Assembly (NCBI GenBank): GCA_964658305.1 | Contig: OZ210885.1 | Coordinates: 10,850,001-10,914,000, forward strand | DNA from: Leptogorgia sarmentosa | Taxonomy: Eukaryota | Length of the DNA: 64,000 bases | Direction: 5' to 3' | Shown here: piece by piece, positions 49,512 to 61,500 of the stretch | How the letters are laid out: each line of letters begins with the position of its first letter | How positions within the stretch are numbered: the stretch's first letter is position 1 | Made by a program: the position numbers and the translations under genes | The notes under the pieces: model-generated | Database searches by the model: none | Seen by the model: the letters and a program-made list of their open reading frames with translations, nothing else | What the model was told of the DNA's origin: nothing

Positions 49512-52500
49512 CTGCAACGCATGATGGATACTCGTCAGACTGATGTTTCAATAATGTCTAACCCTAGACGATTTTTTGAAATCTTGTTTTTAATTGTGTC
49601 CCTCTCCGGCGCTGAACATGCTCTGGCTGTTGCTGGCTTATGTTTTTACACTGCGTTTCACTGCGCTCTACACGACGTTTACAGTTAACCGCTGGTTGGA
49701 AGATACGCAGTCGCTGGAGTCCTCAAACCAGCTCTTGCAATTATTGTTTGAATATGAACAATTTGTACTTTTGGCGAAGGTCGAGAGGTGCTACTAAAAC
49801 AGACGTATCTGGTTTTCCCAGGAAATCATTTTACTTACAGCTACGTTGTAAAACTGCTGTTCCTGGCATCAAACACAAAAAGAATTAGTGAACATGGTCC
49901 AATCACACGATACTATGCCGTTTGTAAATTTCATAAACCCACCCTCTACCATAGCTACATTGTTGTCAAATTGTATGCATTGTACAGGGCATCCATACCA
50001 GTCGTGGTACTGTTGGTAAAACTTGGTTACAGATCGCGAAAGTTACATCCGTGAAGCAAGGGCCATGTATGGCAGGGCTTCGTTCAAAATAATGAAAATA
50101 TACTTTGTTTTCAAATGTAGTCGATTATGTACAACAGGTTACAGGTACGAGTTCAGATAAAATGGTTGAAATGTACGAAGGATTAACAACGAGCTCTCTT
50201 TCTCTCCAACCCGTTTCCGAAAGTTGAAATACAAACTTTTAATTCTTTTTTTTCCACTGAGTATATACCGCACGAATAAAGACAAACACCATTGAAATCC
50301 TAATAAAATGATCTCTCGAACGGTGGGTCGCATGCTAGTTAAAACACAAGACACACAAAAAAATAAAGATTGATCTTCGGAAACGTAAAGCATTAGCATC
50401 TATCTGAGAAAAACAGAGTCCAATATGTTGAAATCCATGTCCTTAATTCTCACTGAAGCAGCATATTCATGAAACCTGTTTTATGTTCGTGTTATTTGCA
50501 CATATAAAAACATTTCTACAAGCTTTTCTGTAATTCTAAAACAGGATAAATCAGGTTGCGCAATAGTCTGAAACACGTGGGAAACATGCCTTTGATTACG
50601 TAGGGTGCGTATTCGTATGTTTTTCAGTCTTGGATAAACTCACTTCTGGTTTATTCGCACGCGACAAAAAAAACACGACAGGTGTCCCAGGAATTTCGCC
50701 CTCCCATAATTAATTGCCCCCTCCCCCCACCCAGCCAATTATAGTCATTGGGCGAATTCGACTTAAATTAATATGGTGTTGGAGAGAAAGAGTACTTTTC
50801 GTAAGTAATACATTTTTCTAAAATGTATTAACGATTATGCTGCACGAATCTGACGAAATGCTTCTGAATTTCACATATTCGTTACGAAGCACAAGTTGAA
50901 TACATACAGTGAATATTAAACTCACTGTGATGACTGCGTCGCTATTTAGAGTGCACTCCCACTCAAATATGGAACGTATTTAAAATAAGAACTGAAACAA
51001 TATGCATCAATCCGCTTCATAAACGTTCTTGTATTAAAATGTGAAGCCAATTTTTTTAATAAATAGCGATGTACACAGTGGCGTAACTACTAGGGGCCCA
51101 ACCTGGCCGGGGGCCCTGGGAAGAGGTTTCTTCAGGGCCGTGGCTAATGTGAAATTCAAATATTTTTTATTGAAACTGGAGATGCAAAAAAGTTCGAAGT
51201 TAACAAAATGTTTGATATCATTCAGTAGCTAGCTGAAACAATTTTGTTGCCTTTTAAATTGTGCTTGGATGTTGACAGTATATTAATTGTTGTATATTAC
51301 AGTCAAACTTTTACTGTTGTCATTGTTTCTGCTTTATAGGAACTTATTTTAATGTGTGCTTCTTCTTACGGAACGTTTTTGCCTTTTGGGTATAATTGAA
51401 GCTGCAGAAGGGATGTTAAATAGCTATAATATGTTCGATAATAAATAGCAGAATTAAAATGCATATCATATGCAGAATTCAGGAGAATATTTCGTAGAGC
51501 TAGCATAGTAAAAATGTGAAGCTAAGAAGTATAATTAAGAGGCCATCCACAACAGTTCAACCGAGGGCCGACACTGTGTAAAACAAACATTTTGTGAACG
51601 TACTTTCAAGTATTTTTATTTGAAGAAAAAATAATTATTTTCATTTAATAACAGTATTCCAATATTCAATTTGGTACCGGCGGGGTAACATATTTCCGAA
51701 AGTATGATCATTTGCGGAGTTATTTGACAAACACAATATGAAAAGGATTTAATTTTTTCTCCAATGGCATCGTTGCTGGCGTTCCTTCAGAACCGTTAAA
51801 TCCGTACACGTCAGCAAAATCTTATTTCTTATCGAAACTCGCGCACTTTAATACTAACTTTTAAGCAGAGCGGAAGTCGAGAAAACGTTTTTGCACATTT
51901 TCGTTTACCTATTCTGAACAACATTTTGATATCCTTGTTTGATTTGTGTTTAAGATGCTTACCATCGTCTGTTCCAATAAACACTCGCTGATCATCTGCA
52001 CTGAAATCCAGATCATTAACAACACTCTCCCCTTGGAACACAAAAACCTGTTCATAATTATCCATTTTCCAAAGGATTGTACTTCTGTCCACCGACCCCG
52101 ACGCTAGTATTGTTCCACTTTGTGACACAGCCAAACAGCTAACTCCCACAGAATGTCCCTGTAGTTGTTGAACTTCTCTACCTGTTTATAAAATAAGATA
52201 GCACATATATAAAAGGGTGTAATAGGTAATTTTCACTCACATCGTTACTACATTGGGAGTATTTTTCAAAACATTGCGGCGATAAAATAAACTAGGGATC
52301 CAAGGATAGTGCAAATTTCTAAGGCCTAGGTCAATATTGGGAGTCAACTACGGAGTTTCGCATGTCAGGAGAATTTGGGACGCTCCCCCCGGAGTTTACA
52401 CTATGAATGACTGAATGACTACATGACTACATGACTACATGACTACATGACTACATGACTGATGTGAATTTTCGCCACTCATCACAATACACTAATTATT

Positions 52501-55500
52501 GAGACAAGTAACTACATTAACTAACCCATCAGCTACACTCTGTTTACACCGCTAACTTCCATTTTTACTATTACGTCCGTATAGCAACTTAAACAGCAAT
52601 GTAAGCGATAGACAAACACCGAAACGATCTTCAATACTAAAAACAAAATAACTGTAATTTTGCGGAATTTACTGTAGCGTGTTTTACAGGCGTGTGTTTT
52701 CATTCGTTACATCTTGGGATTTCATAAAAGTATGCCCTCATCTTTGTTGTGCAAGTCCATAGATATAGGTATCGAGCCAACTTGAACCCTTGGGTAAGAC
52801 TCGCTACCGGTCCCTGTTGCCTCGATAACTAAAGTGGTAGAGTAACGGTGAATGCCGAACAGTTTACTGAAACTTATAATATATTTACTAGTGTTTAAAA
52901 TTTAGTGGCTGATGTTGGTGGTAGAACAGATAGATAATTGGAAAGCATGCATGAAGTTATAAACAGGAAATATTCTATACAGCGAATACCAATGATTGCA
53001 CTGGAATGTTGTCCTACTTGTATTTGTAATTACTGAACTTTCACATTTTAAAATTGGCAGATATCATTTATGCACACGATTTCTTAATAATTGTATGTTT
53101 TATTGTTTAGAAGAAATAATATGTCACTCTGTCCGAATTGATTTTTATACTTTTATTAATATGTTGCAGACAAAAGCATTCCCTCCAGCCATTTGTGAGA
53201 TTTTTTTATTTTTTACCCAGTAAACATTGATCCCGTTCAAGAAATGACTGAATATTTTACTATATGGATGAACATGTCTCTTCAAGTATCTAATCCAAAT
53301 TTCAAACATCATCATATGCCGACGACTACCGTACATGATTGGCTAATTTTCTAATGAATTATCAATTACTTTGAGTGTAAACCTTTGTTCCCTCACCCAT
53401 ATCAACTGCATATTAACTATATTCTCATTTCAATGAATAACCAAGATCAAAGCTTTTGCTTAGCAAAAAAGGCATGTATGAATATGTTTATAATATAATC
53501 ATAATATATACGCTATAATTGAATTTGTCTGCTTCCAAAACTGAAACTTTTCTCAAAAACTGGGGCAGTGGGCTACAGGTCTAAAAATTTGGATAATTAT
53601 CCGTGTAACAAAATGAGATTTGGATCGCGTAATATTATTAATACTGTACTTAGTACTTATTTGCGCGAAATATGACGTGTGTATACAGTGGTTTATTTTA
53701 CACTGCACCAATATATTTTTTTAATTTTATCAAACTGTAACTATCACCAGACTTTTCTGTCATTCCTAATAGAAAGACAACTACATTGTGGATAAGTTCA
53801 AAAATGCTTTCATAGCAATTTTTAGGATTAGGGACCTTATGAACTACAACGTTACCAACTCGACAACGAGCTTTCCGAACAAACAAATTTTTATGCTGAA
53901 CAAAAACCAAGCATAAATTGTGGTATCAACAGCTTTGTTATCAACGCAACGTTAAGCCAAGCTTTATAAAGGGACCTTACGATTACAGTACGGAAACGGC
54001 AACGAGAACGTGTAGAGACTGGCGCTAGTGCGCGGCTGACGTCGCGGTTTCCCGCAAAAATTTAACCTTACGATTGCGCCAACGGGAACGAGAACGTGCA
54101 GACTGGTACTAGTGCGCGGCTGATATCCCAGGGTTTCCCGCGAAAATTATTGTTTTGCGATTGTAGATGAAAAAACAAAAACAAAACTTCAAAAACTACG
54201 ATATGCCAAAACTTCGAGAAGCAATTGCGTTTGCCTATGCTTGTAATGTAATAGACGAGTTAGAATACGCGTTGTTATATGATGCGAACAAACCAAGGAA
54301 CCTAGACATTCCATATTTTGTCTACGACGAATTTAACCTAAATTCCATGACGGATGATGAATGCAAAACGGAGTTTCGATTTTATAGAAACGATATTTTT
54401 AATCTAATAGACGTGCTTCGTATACCACCTGAACTTACTTGCAACAATGGTGTTAAAGTGGATTCAGTTACAGCAACCTGCATATTTTTAAAACGTTTCG
54501 CCTATCCATGCAGGTATGCAGATTTAATACCTCGATTCGCTAGACCAGAGCCTCAGTTGTGTATGATTGCCAACACAACAATGAATTTTATTTACGACAC
54601 TTGGCATCACTTGCTCACAAGCTTTGAACAGCCGTGGTTAGATCGTGCGAATTTGCAAGCTTTTGCAGAGGCTATTCATTTAAAAGGTGCAGCACTAAAC
54701 AACTGCTGGGGCTTTATAGATGGGACTGTCAGACCCATATCCAGGCCTGGCAAACATCAAAGAGTAGTGTACAACGGACATAAAAAAGTCCACTCATTAA
54801 AATTTCAGTCAATTGTTGCACCAAATGGCTTAATAGCGAATTTATATGGACCCTTGGAAGGCAAGCGCCATGATAGTGCAATGTTGGCACTATCACAGGT
54901 TCTTCCCCAATTACGAATCCACTCTTTTGACACAAATGACAATGTACTTTGTATATATGGCGATCCAGCCTACCCAGCGACTCAACAGATTCAAAGTCCC
55001 TACCAAGGAGCAATGCTAACTGCCCTTCAGAAGGAGTGGAATAAATCCATGAGTCAAGTCAGAGTTTCAGTGGAGTGGATATTTGGTGACATTGTCAACT
55101 ATTTCAAATTCCTTGATTTTAAAAAAAATTTGAAAATACACCTGAGTGCTGTTGGAAAAATGTATATAACCTGTGCACTGCTACACAATGCTAGATCCAT
55201 ATTGTACGGATCAACAACTTCCAAATTTTTTGGTGTTGACCCTCCTACACTTGATGAGTATTTTCAATAAATAAATATATTTTTCTAATTATTAATAACT
55301 ATTAATAAATGTTAAATATTAACAGCATGAACAGGTGTTCTTGTAACACACAACATTGTTGGTCAATTGCAGCTGTACCCTGTTCTCGTTAAAAATGCAA
55401 TAAGCAAGTCTGGTTAAAAACCCAAGAATTAGAAACCAGGTCTTCGAACACTTGAAAATTGTACAGTATAAACCTAATGAAATATATGCAAGGTGACACG

Positions 55501-58500
55501 GTATTAGGGCCAATGTGTACAGCTGCACCAATTTTAAACATTATTTTGAGCAAAATGTACTCTGTAGTATACTGTAAACATTGTACAGTAACAAAATAAA
55601 ACGTTATCAGAAATGTCAATAACAAATTAAATGTGGACTCATCCACATTCCACTGCAAAGTAACCTACTTGGCAAACTTCTGTAGTAAGGTCAAAAGTGC
55701 ATGGCTTTGTTGCTGCTGTTGTTGCAACATAGCCATATTCATATTGTGCATTTGTTGCAAAGACTGTTCCTGTAGTTTAAAGGCACTTTCCTGTTGGCTT
55801 ACCCTTTCTTCATGCTCTTTCTTCCTTAATTCCAGTTCTTTTTCCCTTACATTTCTTTCCCATTCCAATTCTTCCTTTTTGAGATCCATCTCTTGTTTCT
55901 TCAACTCCAACTCAGTTTCCTTCTGTTTCCCATCCAATTGAACTTTTTCTTTAATAAATGCTATGGCATCAGCCCCACTTGTTCTCTTCTTTTTTGGCTT
56001 TTCAGTATGATTTCTTTCTCTGGTTTCTTTGAATGATTCCAAAGACACTTTTCTCATTTCTTGAATTTGAGTAGCTTCTTCTTCAGCCTTTCTCTTCTTT
56101 TTTTCTTCTCCTTCTTCAGCCTCTTCAAACAAACCAACAATTTCCTCCATTAATTGATCTAATTCTGTATGCTCGGGGGATATGCCAGTGCTCTTTTCTT
56201 CTTCACGAACTTTCGTCTTGTATCTTCTTTCAAGCAGAAGGTACCTGTCCCTCAGAGATCTTTGTGTAACCCGAAATGTCAATTTATCACATTTCCCTAA
56301 ACGTATGGCCAGGTTAGCCCAGGTGTCACCTCTTTCTGTGCTACCTTTTTTGTGCAACCATGGCTGAAACAACATCATATCTTTGAGGAAATCATTTGCT
56401 TCTGACCACTTCATTGGAGGGGTGCTAAACATAGAGAGTGCAGTACCGATAAGTCAATGTAATACAAGAAATTAAATTGAATGAAGTAGATTTTCAGTAG
56501 TATTCCTATGTGCATTTACCAACTATAGATGAAATCACATGGTGCCAAATTGGGTTACTTTTTAATGTACTACATACTACAAGTCAAAATTTGCAAACTA
56601 CAAAGCATCAGTACTAGTGATGTTGTGGTACAACAAAAGCTCAACTCACATTGTGCTTTTATAAATGGTGATATATTTATTGTACTTTTATATATTATAG
56701 TGATTCCAACGAATAAACAATTTCATAAAATCGTAAACCCTGAACAACATAAAAGCCCCTACATGAAGCACATGCACGAAACAGTAACATTTTGTCATAT
56801 ACAACAAAATTCATTTCGATTTGTTCCACATAGCGAATTAATGCAAAGCACTTAGTTTGCATCAAAATACTCTAGCTATTTGTTATTTTAGCTTACTCTG
56901 TAGTATGACCTCAAACAACAGTATGCATAATTCAACTTTAAACTTACCTGTTGCCTTTTGACATGATGAATAAAAATATAAAATGACAATAATGGGTCAC
57001 ACGTTTTCACACAACGCCAAACTAGTCGAAACGGCGTCGTGTTAGCCTGCGACGACGGGAGCTTCCCGCCACGCGCATGCGTAGTTTTCACTTTTGCCGA
57101 TTTGGCGTCCCCGTTGCCGTTCTCGTCATGTTATCGTAAGGTCCCTTATAACGTCTTCAAAGCAACGTGAAGGCTGATTACAACGTGAGAGCTGTAACTT
57201 CAAGTTGACTACACAGCAACGATCGCATTGCTTTAGCTGAACCTATGTAACTGTTTCTTGAAAAAATTCCAACATCTATTTAAAGCATAAAAAGGTCAGC
57301 ACTCATTTCATTTCAACCTGAAATTTATACCCCGTCGTCGAGTTTGTTGCGTTTTAGATTTTAAGGTCCCTACTATCAATTATTGGAGACGTCGCACGAA
57401 ATACCGCGAGTTATTGTTGGCGAGCGGATCAATTATTTGCCGATTCCGAAAAGAGAAGCACGTAAGTAATCTGAGAGCAACCGATATATACCTGAAGCAA
57501 AGCATAGCCACATTACCAAGAGTGATGCAAAGCATAGTGGGACGAGCCCTGAGGCCATTGGGTACCAGTGAGCTCCCTGAGATTATAGCGCCGTAAATTT
57601 CCGATGTAATCAACTACTGTACATGTGACAGCACGAATGTTAAACACGTACTTTATTAAACTTTTTATCTATTTTGTTCATTATCAGTACTAACAAAACA
57701 GAATTGAAGCTGAAGGCTAGTACAACGTTTCTTGACAAGGAATAATTCAAAGTTTTGTCAATAAATAACGTCACCCGAGTGGCTTTGTGAAATTGAGAGC
57801 GATTTCAAATTTGCTCAATTTTTTATACACGTACATATATGGTATATCGCGCAGCCGCTCAACTTGCATAACTCAGAACTGACGATTCTTTCAAATGTGA
57901 GTGAGGATATGGTTGCACATATAATTACAATTACAAGCAGAGGCGGCATTGAATCTGTGTTTTATCCCTTTTCCGGACTGACGATCGGTCAAAAGAAAAA
58001 AAACTATTGAAAATCCCAAACCTTGCCATTAGTTTTATCCATAGTACGTTACCACACGGTTACCTACCTGTGTCAAGATCAAAGATTGTGATTGAACCAT
58101 TCCCTAAACCACAAATTACAAGAGTAGCAGATGCAGTATTGGACGTCGCTAATGACCATACGCTGGAATCAAACGTTTTTCGAAAGATCTCAGGGCCGCC
58201 AAGATCTAAACATGAGAATTCCGGTATAAGACGGCAAGTCTCCGTGCATGTTGCACGGAGTTGCTCTAATAGCGTCTTTATCCCCGGATACTCTTCATGA
58301 GATAGCAGTCTGCCTGGAAAACAAAAATACACAACAGTATTAGCGCACATAACAAATTCAGAAAATTTAAAATAGCATTTAAAGATGAAGACAATTTTTG
58401 ACCCGGAAAATATTAAAACTGACCAACTAACGGGTTTATCTGATTATACTGTAATATAGCTATATCTGTTTCTTGATTATTAACATAGTAGGTTCTTAAA

Positions 58501-61500
58501 ATTCATCATATGAGTTCTTCAGTGACTTTCATATAAAGGGGACATCAAGTAATATCAAAGTTTGAAACTGAGACACAGAAAAAAAACGTTTTTGAAAGCT
58601 TTGCAATTGTTGAAATGATGTTGACGTATTCTGTTTTATATTGTGACAGTAAAAAGATGAGTAATTTATTTTATGATAACGGAACGAGTATTTATGAAAT
58701 GATTTATTTCCGCATATGTTTTTTCACTGACAAGAGTTAATTCTTCTATATACCAGAAGTTGTCATGCTTAGAACCAACGATCAACAGAGTATAGTATGC
58801 ATGTGTTCTTAATTAAGTTAGCAATGTTCTTTGTGCAACATGTTAACAGCAATGTTCGATATGCAACATGTGCGGTCATGCATAAAGTCCATAAATATCG
58901 ACTTCAGCTCTGGGAAGAATAATCCTTCTTTGGTCGTGTCTTCAAAAAATCTTGGAAGTTAAAAATCTTTTTCACAAGCTTTCAAAGTATGGAGGTGATC
59001 CGGGTTAATTTCTTAAAACTCTAAATCCTTCATCCAAATTTATTAACTTGTTGACACAACTTTCTGACTTTAAAATTTTAACTTTAGTTTTAGTAAAAAG
59101 ATAAGTAATTTATTTTATGATAACGGAACGAGTATTTAATATGAAAGGATTTATTTCCTCATATGTTACACTGACAAGGGTTAATTCTGCTATATACCAG
59201 CAGTTGTCATGCTTAGTTGTTAGTTACAATCATTGACATCAGAACCAATGATTAACAGAGTATAGTATGCATGTGTTCTTGATTGATGTCATTTTCGGGA
59301 AGTTGAGATCACAGACATATTTACGATCGTGCTATATAGCTAGTTCTCTTATCTGATCATCGGTGGCTGACAGTTGATAGTCGAAGTACAGATGAAATTC
59401 TGCATAATAAGTAGCCTTATAGCTTTTATATACTGCTGTTCTGATTGACTTGAGCAAATTCAACAAAGTTAATGTCATGGTTTCATCTGCCTTGATGGAG
59501 TCTATATAACTCAGGTATTCGTTCTAAAGCTTTCTTTTTAATATAGCTGGGACATTTTCGTCAAGATCAGTCTCAGATGAAGGCTCTAAAATCATGGTTT
59601 TTGGCATTGGTGGTAACGGAAAATTAAATCTGCAAACAGCCTGACCACTCTTCTTACACGTTTTAGAGTGTTTATGCCAATGTAAATTTACCAAATCAGT
59701 TAAATCATCTGAGTCAACTTTACATGAAACATAACTATGGCCAAACTCAGCAATATCTTCATCACTATGTTTACCATACTCAGGAGCATTTTTTATAAAT
59801 TTCTTAAAACTCCAAACCCTTCATCCAAATTTATTAACTTGTTGACACAACTTTCTGATTTGAAAATTTTAACTTTGGTTTTACAGTTACGCAATGATAA
59901 CTTGCACGTCCTTGAATTTACCCGATCTGTAATTTCTTTAGCTCGTTAAAAATGTTTGGGACAGACTGCGCGAGTCTTCTATCTTTGCTTCGCAATGCCC
60001 ATTTACATATAGTGCTATAATCAGCAGGCGTTACTTCTCCGGGTGCAAAAATTATTATTCTGTCACCATCTTGGGTAATGTCGGGTTCTTGTAATAATGT
60101 ATCCATAAGACCTGATGACCGTTCAGTCACTGCACACCACTCATCATCTGTATCATTATCAATCAAGTCATTACTTTCATTTCCTCAACTACTTCTTGAC
60201 TGTGAGCGCTCAGATTTTCTGAAGTCTCCATTCCATCCATGGAAATAATTTCCTACCACTCCTCTTCATTATAATCGACTTGATTTGATACATAACTGTC
60301 CATTACTTGTATTCCTTCGTTTTTAAATAATTCACTGGTACGAACGAAGAATTGAGCTGCTTCTGAAGTTTTACTAATAGCATTCTGAAATTGATAATGG
60401 TGCAAATACTAATACCTTTTAAGACGTGAGGTTGGGCATGGTTAAAACGTGAGACGTATTCAATACTTCATATAAGCTTTCATGACTATATTACTATGTC
60501 GCATTCCGGAATCCGCGCAATCATATCAAATTGCATAAGGAGTTGAAACTTGACGACATATGATATCGCATGTCATTGGGTGTTTAAAATAGAGACAGCG
60601 CTTTGAGATTGTTTGAGAAAAATGTGGCTCTCTAAAAACCAAATTTACTCTTTTCAAAACCATATTATGATAATATATTTATATACACTAACACTATATG
60701 TTCTGTCCATTCATGCAGCATTTGCCTAGACGCTGAAGTGTATGATCGGTATGTGTATAGGTTCAAACCAGAATACTTTAAACTATATACGATTTCGTTT
60801 GTTTTGTTTTGTCTCGCGCTTAATAAACGCACAAATCCATTTTATTACATGCTACAAAATATATTTTCCTGGGATTGAGAGTTTCAACCATTCTGTGCGG
60901 CAAATTGATACAATTGTCGTGAAAAGGGTGTCAATTTTGTGTGCGTAATACAAAAATTTACAAATTTTGAAAACTTCACAGGGGTATATTCCTCGCATTT
61001 TATACCATTTCGCAACCAAACTCTGCAATCTTACTAACTTTTGAATGCTCTTTAACGCTGTTATTTTGATTGTATATTATTTCGAGGTTTTTGAAAATTT
61101 TCTCTATTATGTAAGCGGTCCATTGACGCCCTTTCTACACTGCCAGAAAGCATAAAACATCGCTTCGCAAAACAAAAGTAGAAAGACTGTTAAAGTTCTG
61201 TAAATTCACCGATCTCATGCTTAACACCAAAAAATACTTTACTCCAATACAACAGAACGTTACTTCCTACAGTTTTGTAAATTCTTAATATTATTGATTA
61301 ATTAATGTCTAACTGAATTTGATTCCAATCTCCAATAATATATGGTGTGGGTGAATGACAGTGACTGTGAAAATTGACCGACGCATGCATACTTTGTGTG
61401 AATCATGGGCGTGTATTACCCATGGAGACGCATCATATGTAAGAACCGCGTATACATACGAACTAGCTGGTTAACAACAGAGAATCTTTGTTTTCGGATA

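Larger units (their letters stand above)
53970..57146. mobile_element. PIF/Harbinger transposon, apparently full length
   Basis: TIR AGGGACCTTACGA / TCGTAAGGTCCCT, TATAA on both flanks, two convergent ORFs. Confidence 0.9.
49031..58945 (+). repeat. Segmental duplication, direct copy of 13720-25560
   Basis: Introns and exons align at high identity apart from copy-specific insertions. Confidence 0.92.
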
